From an uncultured Cytophagia bacterium (GTDB taxonomy: Bacteria; Zhuqueibacterota; Zhuqueibacteria; Thermofontimicrobiales; Thermofontimicrobiaceae), in NCBI GenBank assembly GCA_964647995.1, contig CAZYNP010000032.1, forward strand, positions 1 to 52,488: 52,488 bases of DNA. The letters are read 5' to 3'. Position numbers and translations under genes: made by a program. The notes under the pieces were generated by a model that made no database searches, was not told the DNA's origin, and saw only the letters and a list, made by a program, of their open reading frames with translations. Shown here piece after piece: positions 19,466 through 29,932 of this stretch; position 1 is the first letter of the stretch; each line of letters opens with the position of its first letter.

Positions 19466-20320
19466 GTGATTCCAGTTAATGATAAGCAACTTAAGATCGG
19501 CGAATTGCCCCAATTGCGAATTGTCCCTCTATCAGAGATCATTTTTCATGAAGATCCGGATTTAGAACGTTCTGCCAAGCTCACCGACAGCATCCGCAAG
19601 GAAAATAAACTCAAAAATCCGCCGGTTGTCGCCACCCATCCCGGCAGTCAGAAATTTATGCTATTGGACGGGGCCAATCGGCTCACTGCACTGCAGAATC
19701 TCGGTATCCCCGACGTGCTGGTTCAGCATATCGATCTGTTCGATCCCGGCCTCGTTTTCCTGCATTGGCACCACGCCGTTGAAAAATTCACCAAAGCGTC
19801 CTTTTTAGACAAGCTAACCAATATTCCCGACATCTCCATCCGTCAAAACGAATGCCAGACCCTCTCGCAAAATGAGAACGGAGACTTGCTTTGTCAGATC
19901 CTATTTGGCGACGGCAGTATCTATGCCGTTCATGCCCACGCCGATCTATTCCAGCGAGTAAGGGACCTCAGAAATATCACCGAGATTTACAAGGGCTTTC
20001 AATACATGGATCGCGTGAGCTATACCAATTTAGAGCATTTGAAGAAAAACTACGCCCAATTCTGTGCGGTGATTGTCTTCCGCAAATTAACCAAAGAAGA
20101 GCTCATCGAGGTTACCAATCACGACCTGCGCATCCCCAGCGGCATCACCCGCATCATTCTTCCCAAGCGCGCGTTGCGAATCAATGTCCCGCTGGATATT
20201 CTGCGCTTTGATGTCTCGGTAGAACAGAAAAATTACTGGCTTCAAAAAAGGATCACTGAACAAATTAAGGACAAATCGATTCGGTTTTATCATGAACCCA
20301 CGTTTCTTTTTGATGAATAA
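19466..20320 (+). CDS. ParB/sulfiredoxin-fold (ParB-like N-terminal nuclease domain) protein, function unknown
   Basis: GTG start with a GGAGG ribosome-binding site. The ParB-NTD-like motif is 'NPPVVATHPGSQKFMLLDGANRLTALQNLG' (DGxxR). Confidence 0.55.
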   Translation: MIPVNDKQLKIGELPQLRIVPLSEIIFHEDPDLERSAKLTDSIRKENKLKNPPVVATHPGSQKFMLLDGANRLTALQNLGIPDVLVQHIDLFDPGLVFLHWHHAVEKFTKASFLDKLTNIPDISIRQNECQTLSQNENGDLLCQILFGDGSIYAVHAHADLFQRVRDLRNITEIYKGFQYMDRVSYTNLEHLKKNYAQFCAVIVFRKLTKEELIEVTNHDLRIPSGITRIILPKRALRINVPLDILRFDVSVEQKNYWLQKRITEQIKDKSIRFYHEPTFLFDE

Positions 20321-20392
20321 GCCGATGGCTCGCTGCATTCGGCAACAATTAACTCGTTCAAACCATTAATCATCAACCCAAAGGAGCCCAAT

Positions 20393-21757
20393 ATGGAAAA
20401 CACCAAAATCATACTGGTCGAAAATGACATCCCCCGACAATGGTATAATATCCAGGCCGATCTTCCCAAGCCATTGCCGCCAGTGTTGCATCCCGGCACC
20501 AAGCAACCGGTAGGGCCACAGGATCTGGCGCCACTGTTCCCTATGGAGCTGATCAAACAGGAAGTCAGCACCGAGCGCTGGATCGACATCCCCGATGAAG
20601 TGCTGGATATCTATCGCTTGTGGCGGCCATCGCCGGTGTATCGCGCCAAACGGCTGGAGAAAGTGCTGAACACACCCGCTAAAATTTATTATAAATATGA
20701 GGGAGTCAGCCCGGCTGGCAGCCATAAGCCGAACACGGCAATTGCGCAAGCATACTACAATAAGCAAGAGGGTGTCAAGCGCATCACCACCGAAACCGGT
20801 GCCGGACAATGGGGCAGCGCGCTAAGTCTCGCCTGCAACTTCTTCGGTCTGGAATGCAAAGTTTACATGGTCAAAGTCAGTTACTTCCAGAAGCCCTATC
20901 GTCGCGTGATGATCGAAACCTGGGGGGCTACGGTCGTCCCCAGTCCCAGTCCCGACACCAATGCCGGTCGTATGATCCTGCAACAGGATCCCGATTCACC
21001 GGGCAGCCTTGGGGTGGCCATCAGCGAGGCGGTGGAAGATGCCGCGCTGCGCGAGGATACCAAATATTCATTGGGCAGCGTGTTGAACCATGTGATTTTG
21101 CATCAAACTGTCGTTGGACTGGAAGCCAAAAAGCAGATGGAAATGGCTGGCGATTACCCCGATATTGTGATCGGCTGCGTAGGGGGAGGTAGCAATTTCG
21201 CTGGCTTTGCGTTTCCATTCCTGGCCGATAAATTCAAAGGCCAAGCGCTTCGGGCAATTGCCGTGGAACCGGCATCGTGTCCGACTTTGACTCGTGGGCC
21301 GTATGCGTACGATTTTGGCGATGTTGCCGAGATGACGCCACTGCTGGCCATGCACACGTTGGGCCACAAATTCATTCCGCCGGCAATTCATGCGGGTGGC
21401 CTTCGCTATCACGGCATGGCGCCGCTGGTCAGCCATTTGGTCAAAGAGAACTACATCGAGGCGCAGGCCTATAAGCAGGTAGAGGTTTTTGAAGCGGCAC
21501 GGCTGTTTGCTCGGGCCGAAGGGATTCTACCAGCACCCGAGTCATCCCATGCCATTCGCGCTACCATTGTCGAGGCCGAGCGGGCAAAACAGGAGGGCAA
21601 ATCCAAAGTGATCCTGTTCAATCTGAGTGGCCATGGCCATTTCGACATGGGCGCCTATGAGGCCTTTTTAGCCGGTAAACTAATCGATCATGAACTGCCC
21701 ACGGGCGAAATCAGCAAAGCATTGGATCTAATCAAAGATTACCCAACGATTCAATAG
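20393..21757 (+). CDS. trpB: tryptophan synthase beta chain, TrpB2-type (long, about 450 aa)
   Basis: 454 aa. PLP-enzyme motifs '[12 protein letters not shown]' (Lys) and '[11 protein letters not shown]' (glycine-rich loop) are present. Length and N-terminal extension are characteristic of the TrpB2 clade. AAGGAG ribosome-binding site. Confidence 0.85.
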   Translation: MENTKIILVENDIPRQWYNIQADLPKPLPPVLHPGTKQPVGPQDLAPLFPMELIKQEVSTERWIDIPDEVLDIYRLWRPSPVYRAKRLEKVLNTPAKIYYKYEGVSPAGSHKPNTAIAQAYYNKQEGVKRITTETGAGQWGSALSLACNFFGLECKVYMVKVSYFQKPYRRVMIETWGATVVPSPSPDTNAGRMILQQDPDSPGSLGVAISEAVEDAALREDTKYSLGSVLNHVILHQTVVGLEAKKQMEMAGDYPDIVIGCVGGGSNFAGFAFPFLADKFKGQALRAIAVEPASCPTLTRGPYAYDFGDVAEMTPLLAMHTLGHKFIPPAIHAGGLRYHGMAPLVSHLVKENYIEAQAYKQVEVFEAARLFARAEGILPAPESSHAIRATIVEAERAKQEGKSKVILFNLSGHGHFDMGAYEAFLAGKLIDHELPTGEISKALDLIKDYPTIQ

Positions 21758-21767
21758 CCCATACTAA

Positions 21768-21807
21768 CCGGAATCGCTGACGGGAAGTTGGCGATTCCGG
21801 GATTTTA
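21768..21807 (+). terminator. rho-independent terminator after trpB2 (CCGGAATCG ... CGATTCCGG + GATTTTA)
   Basis: 9-bp perfect stem (21768-21776 / 21792-21800) with a 15-nt loop, followed by a T-rich tract. Confidence 0.5.
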
Positions 21808-22150
21808 GTCACGAATTTTCCTCTTATTTCACATTCCACCAATCTTCCCTGATCGACGATCCATAGAATTTTTTATTTGTATCAGTTACTATTTTTAGAA
21901 TAAATCAAATGCTAAAGGATCATTAATTTTTTTATTGCTTTCAGCTTTTATAGATTTATTACTTGACTTTTTAAATTAATTTCATTATTTTACAATTACG
22001 GCTTGAGCAGATTTATCATACCTGCTGCAACAGCTCTCGATTTTTTATACAAAACATTTCAATCCTATACTTTTATTCTATTTGTTCCCTCTATTTTCTT
22101 TTTATCAGTTCGTTTCAATTTTATTATTACGCTCATTCCCAAGGCAAAAA

Positions 22151-22648
22151 ATGTCAATTAAAAATTTCACCCAACTTTATTGCTCTCATTATTCTGAAAT
22201 TTTTAGATATTGTTATCGACTAACTAAGAGCCGTGAAGACGCAGAAGATGTAACGGAAAGAGCTTTTATCAAAGCATATTATCACTTCGATCCCAATAAG
22301 AAAGCCTCTTTTCGCACCTTCATTTACCTGATTGCTACCAACATGTGCAAGGATTTTATTAAAAGTCGCCAGTTCCAACAGCGAGCGAAAAATATACAGA
22401 TTGACGATCCTAATTTCTCAGAACCACTTCAGGAAAACGATTTCAAGGCGAATGATCACGAGATTCTAATATCGATGCATAATTGCCTTGATCGTTTGTC
22501 ATTTGAAGAAAGACTATCAATTCGCTTGTATTACATCGAAGGTTTTAATTTGCAGGAGATTGCCGATATTCTTGGCAAAGCTCCGAATACCGCCAAAAAA
22601 CGGATCGAAACAGGAATTAAAAAATTGAAGGCTTGCCTGGAGCAATAG
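22151..22648 (+). CDS. RNA polymerase sigma-70 factor, ECF subfamily
   Basis: Region 2 is 'YRYCYRLTKSREDAEDVTERAFIKAY'. The region 4 helix-turn-helix is 'LQEIADILGKAPNTAKKRIETGIKKL'. Start taken at ATG 22151. Confidence 0.85.
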   Translation: MSIKNFTQLYCSHYSEIFRYCYRLTKSREDAEDVTERAFIKAYYHFDPNKKASFRTFIYLIATNMCKDFIKSRQFQQRAKNIQIDDPNFSEPLQENDFKANDHEILISMHNCLDRLSFEERLSIRLYYIEGFNLQEIADILGKAPNTAKKRIETGIKKLKACLEQ

Positions 22649-22717
22649 CAAATCAGTCTGCAAATATTTTGCAAATTTGCAAAGCAAAATCGTAAACAAG
22701 ATTAGAGAGAGATTACA

Positions 22718-23554
22718 ATGGATGATAAAGAGTTTGAGCAAATCATGGGAAAATGGAAACAAGCTGAGCAAAAAGCTCTCAATAAATTTGCTCTCCGCAG
22801 AAGCAATGCCTGTCTCAGCTTTGAGCAATTTGAAAAATATGCTCATGGCAATTTCACGGAAGTAGAAAGACAACATGTATCGAGCTGCGACTATTGCCAA
22901 AAAATGATCAAATTGTTTCACCAAAATGCTCCGCTATCAATAGCACGATTGTGGGTTCGGTGGGTGCAATGGATCAAACAGTGGCGGCATGATCGGCCCG
23001 CGGAAGACCGTTCTATCCCAGAATTCTTACCTTTTCCGCATCCAACCTACAATACGCTCAAACTGGTTTTACCAATCCTGGTCATCACTATCATGCTGTC
23101 AGTCCTGGTGTTTCGTAATGAAAAAGGAGTCGCACCTATAGCGCAGATTGAGCCTGCTCCATATCTTCCGCTTATATTGCGGGGAAATTTGAAGACGACA
23201 GAAGAGATTAAACTATTTCAAGAGGGAATGTCTTTTTATTCTCAACAAAATTATCCTCAAGCAATCGACAAATTATCCCAGGCAGTTAAATTGGACTCAA
23301 CCTGGGCCGCTGGATTTTTTTATTTGGGGGTGTCTCAGTTGTTGAACAATCAACCCCTTCTGGCCATTCCTTCGTTGCAAAAAGCAATCGCATTAGGCGA
23401 TAGTTTCCTCATTGAGAAGAGCTATTGGTATTTGGGAAATACCTATTTGCTGGTAGATCAAGGTTCACGAGCGCGGCAGGCTTTTGAAAAAGTGACGGAG
23501 ATGGGGGGTGATTATGCTAAACCGGCCAGTCAGATGCTCCAGCGACTTGAATAA
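22718..23554 (+). CDS. anti-sigma factor, zf-HC2 domain, single TM segment, periplasmic TPR repeats
   Basis: 'HVSSCDYCQKM' is the H-x3-C-x2-C zinc finger. A hydrophobic helix 'LVLPILVITIMLSVLVF' is followed by TPR-like repeats. It sits directly downstream of the ECF sigma gene. Confidence 0.7.
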   Translation: MDDKEFEQIMGKWKQAEQKALNKFALRRSNACLSFEQFEKYAHGNFTEVERQHVSSCDYCQKMIKLFHQNAPLSIARLWVRWVQWIKQWRHDRPAEDRSIPEFLPFPHPTYNTLKLVLPILVITIMLSVLVFRNEKGVAPIAQIEPAPYLPLILRGNLKTTEEIKLFQEGMSFYSQQNYPQAIDKLSQAVKLDSTWAAGFFYLGVSQLLNNQPLLAIPSLQKAIALGDSFLIEKSYWYLGNTYLLVDQGSRARQAFEKVTEMGGDYAKPASQMLQRLE

Positions 23555-23629
23555 TTGCGACTGTGAATGAATTCGCTAATAGTTGAGTTAATAAACTAAC
23601 GTATCCACAAAACAAAGGAGTAGATCGCC

Positions 23630-26600
23630 ATGAGAAAAACTATCAACAATCACTGGCAATTTTTCTGGCTAGCAATTGGAATGTCTATCCTCTTATCGAG
23701 TTCCGCTATCAAGCCCCAGACAGGTGATCGCATCTTGCCTTGGATGGCCCAAACCAAATCTCAAATTTCCCCCCAAGCCTGGCAAAAAATGACAGTTGAT
23801 GTGCGTATGTTGATTGGCGCTCCGACTGACTTTTTGAACCTGAAGGCCAACGTGATGGAAGTGAGCCAAATTGAAACGGCTGAGCCTGAAGTGGGTGTGC
23901 TGGTAAAATCGACCGGCCATCGCGAAGAATTGGAGGCGCTGGGAGCAAAGGTAGGCTCACAAATAGGTGATATTTTCACTATCCGCATCCCAATCGCTAA
24001 ATTGCCCGAACTGGCCAACAATCCCAGCGTCATGAGTATTGCACCATCGCTAAAACGCAGGGCAACCCTGGACGCCAGTGTGGTCGAGAACAAGGCAAAA
24101 CAGGTTCACCAGGGCCAGTATACGACTACTCCGCCAACTTATTCCGGCTACACTGGCAAGGGCGTGATTGTAGCCGATATTAGCACTGGCATCGACTGGC
24201 GCCATAGTGATTTCATTAACGATAGCAATAATACTTCGCGCATTCTGTCGATCTGGGATCAAACGCTTATTCCGCAAAGCGGCGAGAAAGGTCCGGCTGG
24301 TTTTTCATACGGAGTGGAATACACCCAAGCTGATATCAATAATGAGCTTGATGGTACACCCACTGGATACGTGCGCTCGAAAGATTTGGACGGGCATGGC
24401 ACCCATGTGATGGGCATTATTGCCGGCGATGGCTCAGCCACCGGGGGTGGGTTGCCTGGCTACACCTATGTGGGCATGGCGCCCCAGGCCGACATTATCG
24501 TTATCAAATCTTTACTGTATGATAGCCAGATTCTCGATGCGGTAAGCTATGCTATGAATAAAGCGGATCAATTTGGCAAACCGGTGGCTTTCAATATGAG
24601 TTTTGGCGGCCATTTTGGCGCCCATGATGGCACCAGTTTGTTGGAACAGGGAATTGACCTGGCTGTCAATCGCGGTAAAATCGTGATTGCCGTGTCCGCT
24701 GGCAATGAGGGCACCGATGCCGCTCACGGTGCATACATACACGCTGAAGGCACGGTGGCTACGGGATCAACCAACACCACCACATTTGTAATTCCAAGCT
24801 ACACTCCAAACAGCAGCGCCGGTAATGATTTTCTTGAATTCAATCTGTGGTACCAGGGTAATGATAATATCAATGTCAAAGTGACCACGCCGAATGGCTA
24901 TACCTGGAATGCATCAACAGGGTATGATAATAATGCCGGCGCAACCGCAACGTCGGATGGAGCAATCTACATCGACAATGCTTCTACCGGCAGAGATTTC
25001 AATAACAATGATCGCATGTGCTATATTCTGATCTGGGATTATTATTCATCACAGCCGCCTCGGGCAGGCACGTGGACGATCACGGTTACTGGAAATAACA
25101 TCACCGAAGGTGGACACTACGATGCGTGGCTTGATTTCAGCCAACTGGGGACCAATCAGGCATATTTTTCCGCAAGTTCTGGTTCGAACAAAGAACTGAT
25201 TGGCATTCCAGGCACAGCGGACAAAGTTATTACCGTGGCCGCGCATTCTACCAAAACATCCTGGGTCGATTATAGCGGCGCCACACGGACCGTTTCTGGT
25301 GCGGCACTGAATGATTTGGCCTATTTTAGTAGTCCTGGGCCCACCCGCGATGACCCTGGTCACATAGTCGGGCGGCAAAAGCCCGATATTAGCGCTTCTG
25401 GGTTCGGTGTCGTAGCCGCCCGCTCCGCCGATGCCTCGTGGTCGACCTCCAGCATGAATCGTAATAAAGATGGCGTTCATTTGATGATCTGGGGCACCAG
25501 CATGTCAGCGCCGCATATTGTCGGTGCTGCGGCATTGATGTTAGAGAAAAATCCAACGCTGACCGCGCAGGAGATCAAATCGTTGCTTACTGCCAATGCC
25601 CATGCTGATGCCTACACCGGGTCCGTTCCCAATTTGCGCTGGGGCTATGGCAAGCTGGACATCGCAGCGGTCATGCAGCAAGTGACGCCTCGTCAACAAG
25701 CCGTAGATCTATTTCCATCGTTCCAGGCAGATGATGGCCTATCTGGCACAACGGTTTCATTCAAGGCACGAGTTCAAAATAGCGGCGCAACCAACGACAG
25801 CTACAATTTAACCGTGTCCAGCCACTCCTGGCCCACCACCATCTGGAACGCCGCGGGCACCAGTCAGATCAGCAGTACCGGTGTCATCAACGCCCGGTCC
25901 CAACTGGAAATTTTGATCAAAGTGCAGATACCGGCCGGCACCCAGCCGAGCCGATGGGATACAGCGGTGATTCGAGCTACATCTGCCAGCAATGCCGCCA
26001 TTGCCGATCAAATTTCGGTAGTCACCCGAACCCCGGCCTCGCTGCCTTGGTCGGATAATTTCCCAAGCACCAAATTAGATACCATTAAATGGAATTTCAA
26101 CGGTGGTCCCGCCGAACTAAATTCGTTAGGAACCAACGAACCCAGCTCCCCTTATTCGCTAAATCTCAATGGCAACGAGCGTGGCGGAGATGAAGTTCAG
26201 TCCCAGGCCATTGATCTTTCAGGCAAAGCATACGTGATGTTGAGTTTCTATTATCAACGAACCGGTGGCGGGAATGCACCGGAATCTGGCGACGATCTCT
26301 GGGTCGATTACTATGATAACTCTGGCAACTGGGTGAATTTGAAGCAGTACTTAGGCAGCGGTAGCAGTATGAGTTCCTATATGCAAGAACAAATCCTTTT
26401 GCCAGCGACGGCCATGCATGCTCGCTTCAAAATTCGATTCCGCAACGTGGGAACTCCGGGACCCAATGACGATTGGTTTATCGATAATGTCGCGATCGCT
26501 GAGATGCTTCCAGCGACGATACCCTGGACCGATAATTTTCCGACCACTACTTTGGATGCCAACAAGTGGCCCGTAAACATCGGTCCGGCTGTTGTAAACT

Positions 26601-29600
26601 CCAACGGCTTAAATGAGCCAAGTGCACCCTATTCGCTGGATTTGAACGGCACCGATGAGGTCCAATCGCAACCAATTGATTTAGCCGGAAAGAACAATGT
26701 CGCCCTGCTGTACTATTACCAAAAGAAAGGTGGCGGCGACTCACCCGAATCCGGCAATGATCTGTACATCGATTATTACAATTCATCTGGTAATTGGGTT
26801 AATTTGAAGCAGCATCTGGGTAGTAGTCCCGATATGACCGCTTACCAATTGGAATATGTACCGCTACCAACTGCCGCTTACTATAACGGTTTCCGCATTC
26901 GATTTCGTACCACTGGCGATGCGAATTCTGATGATTGGTTTGTGGATGATGTGAAAATTCAAATCTTGCTACCGCCCAATATTACCTGGACACCCCAAAG
27001 TATCTCAGTTGCTTTATCGCCAACAGCTACCACCTCTCGTTTTCTCACTATCGGTAATACTGGCCAAGGAGATTTGTTTTTCGATCTCTTCGTTGCCATT
27101 CCTATGGGTGCTAAAGCAAACCTGCTAAATTTCGAACCCGCAACAAGAGATTATCCTGATAATTATTTTAGCTGCAATTTCTTGAAGGACGAAAGTGATT
27201 TCCGTCACGGGGCGCCGGTGCTGCTACGTCGTGGCGGTCCTGACAGCTACGGCCATTTTTGGAGAGATAGTGATGAACCCGGTGGACCAAGTTTCAATTG
27301 GGTTGAGATTTCAACCTCTGGTACACCAATTACCGGATTGGGCGATGATACAAATGTAGGACCATTCGATATCGGTTTTTCTTTTCCATTCTTTGGGAAT
27401 AATTTCTCTTCTTTCCGATTTTGCACTAATGGCTTTATAAGTTTTTCCAGCACCTCAACCAGCTACCAAAACAATCCAATTCCGAATAACTCTGTTTACA
27501 ACCTTGTCGCTCCATTCTGGGACGACCTGGATTTTCGAACCAGCGGCAGCGCTTTTTATAAATTTGACGGCGAAAAACTTATTGTCGAATACAAAGATGT
27601 TCCGCTTCGTTCCAACGCCGGCGGCCCTTACACATTTGAAATTTTGCTTTATCGTGATGGTCGCATTAAATTTCAATATTTAACTATGGGATCTCCCGTC
27701 AATAGTTGCACTGTAGGCATCCAGAACGCCAATGGCACCGATGGGTTAGAGATAGCTTTTAATACAAGTTATCTTCATAATAACATGGCCATACTGATTT
27801 ATGCCTACGCGACCAATTGGTTGTCATTTAAACCGACCTCGGGACACATTCCGCCAGGAGGAAATCTAGTTGACACCTTATCATTCAATACAACAGGGCT
27901 CACACCGGATTCCACTTATCAGGTCAATCTTGTTATTCGGAGCAACGACGAAATCAATGACACAGTGCAAGTTCCAATAGAACTAAAAATTAATAGTCCC
28001 GATATTAGTTCAACGCCATCGGCCATAAATGTTGCGCTATCGAAACCAGATAGCATCCGACAAGCCATAATGTTGACTAATAATGGCACTGGCAACTTGC
28101 AATATCAACTTGGTGTTATAGGCGCGCTAACATCATCGAGCATGGGAGGGGTTGGGATTGTTGCCAATTATATCGATCGCACTTTACATACGATTGACCT
28201 GAAGTCGAACACAATCAGAGGCCCCTTCTTAAGTGGGAGTTTGGGTTCTTCGAATTTGCTGGATGTTGCTATTACGCCGGATAATAAAACCGCTTTAATT
28301 TCAAATGGTGCCGGTAACCAGGTTTATTTCGTCAACATAGATAATCCAGCAGCGCCTACAATTCAGGGTAAAGTTGATCTTGGTTTTTTTGCTGAAGATA
28401 TAGCTATTACACCGGACGGCAGGTTCGCTTTGGTTTCGGATGGTGCAAATGATACAAAAATAGCCGTTGTGGGAATAACCAGCCGTACTTTATCAACGAG
28501 CATTAATCTCACTCCTCGTCGGGTGCAATCAATAGCCATTGCTGCCGATGGTCAAACCGTGCTGGCAGCAGATTATAATAATGCTCGCGTCCACGTACTT
28601 AGACTGAATCCAATAACTGGAACTATAATCGACCTCAATCTAGCGCTGGTTGTTGGCGATGGGCCAATCAATGTCAGCGTAAGCCCAGATGGTCAAACCG
28701 CATTAGTTGCCAATTATTCTGGATCTTCGATCAGCGTCCTTCGCATCACGGCGCCGGGCGAGGTCAGTGTCGTGGCATCTATTCCCAATCTCAGCTATCC
28801 CCAGTCCATCGCTTTTAGCCCGGATGGGATCAGTGCCTATGTCCTTGAAACTGGTACAAGTCCGGATCGTCTCGCGGCTTTAACTATCAGCGGCGCGGGC
28901 CAAGTTACCGACACTGGCCAACGAGCGACCTTAATTGCCAATGCGACTGGTGGCTTTTATGGAATCGATGTCATAGCTATTTCTGCTAACGGCTCCCGCG
29001 CTTATGTAGGGAATTCATCATCATCAGGAACTTCAACAAATAAAGTAGCTGTTGTGGAACTCAATACGATGACGATGGCCAATAGTCTATCCGCGGGTAA
29101 TTATCCGGTTGCTGTGGCCCTAAGCAACAGTAGTTCATGGTTATCTGTTGCTCCTCCAGCAAACGGCGAGATTCTTCCCAACGGCACTAAAAGCATTGAA
29201 CTTATCATCCACTCGAAAGATCTGGCACCCGATTCGACCTATCATGGCAAAGTGCTGATTTCGAGCAATGACCCCGATGAATCCCTTGTAACTATTCCGG
29301 TGAAATTAACCGTTACCAGCGGGCCTCACGCTCCCAAGCATTTCGTCTTTCGCGCCAATACTGAGGTTAGCTACAGCATTATTATCGATGCGGCCACGTT
29401 GGATCAACTGCCGTTGCAAGTGGGCGATGAAATTGGCGTTTTTACGCCGGCGGGCTTATGTGTCGGCGCCTCAGTATGGACCAGCGCGCTTCCACTACCT
29501 CTAGTCGCCTGGATGGATGACAATCAAACCTCGGTTGTGGACGGCTATCGCGTTGGCGAGAAAATGTTCTTCCGCATCTGGGATGCCAGTGGCGGCGCGA

Positions 29601-29932
29601 CAGCGGAATACCCTGCAATCCCCACTTATACTGCTGGCAATGGTAACTTCGGCGATGGCCCGTTTGCCAGGATTGCCAAATTGGAAGCTCTCACTTCAGC
29701 GAAGCAAACTATCTATCTGACCAGAGGCTGGAATTGGATTTCTACTAATGTTGAACCTGAGACTCTAAACGTGGCCGCGGTCACTCGCAAAGTGCTGAAT
29801 TTAGTCATTATGGTCAACGGTAATGGGCAATTTTATATTCCCGGAGTAGTCAATGCAATTGGAAATTATAACGTTCGGGAAGGTTACAAAGTCTACGTCA
29901 GCGCCAACGATTCCTTGGTCATTTTGGGCTAG
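23630..29932 (+). CDS. giant secreted subtilisin-like (S8) serine peptidase with multiple C-terminal modules (two lectin/MAM-like jelly-roll repeats, 7-bladed YVTN/lactonase-type beta-propeller, a ~115-aa domain shared with the 31057 gene, tandem ~70-aa modules); native C-terminus continues past an in-frame TAG
   Basis: AAGGAG ribosome-binding site and a signal peptide. The S8 triad context is 'VIVADISTGID' (Asp), 'DGHGTHVMG' (His), 'AGNEG' (Asn) and 'GTSMSAPHIVGAAALM' (Ser). A duplicated ~150-aa 'ESGDDLWVDYYDNSGNWVNLKQ' module is present. Beta-propeller repeats are 'ITPDG..A.V.N'. About 2100 aa up to TAG 29930-29932. Confidence 0.8.
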   Translation: MRKTINNHWQFFWLAIGMSILLSSSAIKPQTGDRILPWMAQTKSQISPQAWQKMTVDVRMLIGAPTDFLNLKANVMEVSQIETAEPEVGVLVKSTGHREELEALGAKVGSQIGDIFTIRIPIAKLPELANNPSVMSIAPSLKRRATLDASVVENKAKQVHQGQYTTTPPTYSGYTGKGVIVADISTGIDWRHSDFINDSNNTSRILSIWDQTLIPQSGEKGPAGFSYGVEYTQADINNELDGTPTGYVRSKDLDGHGTHVMGIIAGDGSATGGGLPGYTYVGMAPQADIIVIKSLLYDSQILDAVSYAMNKADQFGKPVAFNMSFGGHFGAHDGTSLLEQGIDLAVNRGKIVIAVSAGNEGTDAAHGAYIHAEGTVATGSTNTTTFVIPSYTPNSSAGNDFLEFNLWYQGNDNINVKVTTPNGYTWNASTGYDNNAGATATSDGAIYIDNASTGRDFNNNDRMCYILIWDYYSSQPPRAGTWTITVTGNNITEGGHYDAWLDFSQLGTNQAYFSASSGSNKELIGIPGTADKVITVAAHSTKTSWVDYSGATRTVSGAALNDLAYFSSPGPTRDDPGHIVGRQKPDISASGFGVVAARSADASWSTSSMNRNKDGVHLMIWGTSMSAPHIVGAAALMLEKNPTLTAQEIKSLLTANAHADAYTGSVPNLRWGYGKLDIAAVMQQVTPRQQAVDLFPSFQADDGLSGTTVSFKARVQNSGATNDSYNLTVSSHSWPTTIWNAAGTSQISSTGVINARSQLEILIKVQIPAGTQPSRWDTAVIRATSASNAAIADQISVVTRTPASLPWSDNFPSTKLDTIKWNFNGGPAELNSLGTNEPSSPYSLNLNGNERGGDEVQSQAIDLSGKAYVMLSFYYQRTGGGNAPESGDDLWVDYYDNSGNWVNLKQYLGSGSSMSSYMQEQILLPATAMHARFKIRFRNVGTPGPNDDWFIDNVAIAEMLPATIPWTDNFPTTTLDANKWPVNIGPAVVNSNGLNEPSAPYSLDLNGTDEVQSQPIDLAGKNNVALLYYYQKKGGGDSPESGNDLYIDYYNSSGNWVNLKQHLGSSPDMTAYQLEYVPLPTAAYYNGFRIRFRTTGDANSDDWFVDDVKIQILLPPNITWTPQSISVALSPTATTSRFLTIGNTGQGDLFFDLFVAIPMGAKANLLNFEPATRDYPDNYFSCNFLKDESDFRHGAPVLLRRGGPDSYGHFWRDSDEPGGPSFNWVEISTSGTPITGLGDDTNVGPFDIGFSFPFFGNNFSSFRFCTNGFISFSSTSTSYQNNPIPNNSVYNLVAPFWDDLDFRTSGSAFYKFDGEKLIVEYKDVPLRSNAGGPYTFEILLYRDGRIKFQYLTMGSPVNSCTVGIQNANGTDGLEIAFNTSYLHNNMAILIYAYATNWLSFKPTSGHIPPGGNLVDTLSFNTTGLTPDSTYQVNLVIRSNDEINDTVQVPIELKINSPDISSTPSAINVALSKPDSIRQAIMLTNNGTGNLQYQLGVIGALTSSSMGGVGIVANYIDRTLHTIDLKSNTIRGPFLSGSLGSSNLLDVAITPDNKTALISNGAGNQVYFVNIDNPAAPTIQGKVDLGFFAEDIAITPDGRFALVSDGANDTKIAVVGITSRTLSTSINLTPRRVQSIAIAADGQTVLAADYNNARVHVLRLNPITGTIIDLNLALVVGDGPINVSVSPDGQTALVANYSGSSISVLRITAPGEVSVVASIPNLSYPQSIAFSPDGISAYVLETGTSPDRLAALTISGAGQVTDTGQRATLIANATGGFYGIDVIAISANGSRAYVGNSSSSGTSTNKVAVVELNTMTMANSLSAGNYPVAVALSNSSSWLSVAPPANGEILPNGTKSIELIIHSKDLAPDSTYHGKVLISSNDPDESLVTIPVKLTVTSGPHAPKHFVFRANTEVSYSIIIDAATLDQLPLQVGDEIGVFTPAGLCVGASVWTSALPLPLVAWMDDNQTSVVDGYRVGEKMFFRIWDASGGATAEYPAIPTYTAGNGNFGDGPFARIAKLEALTSAKQTIYLTRGWNWISTNVEPETLNVAAVTRKVLNLVIMVNGNGQFYIPGVVNAIGNYNVREGYKVYVSANDSLVILG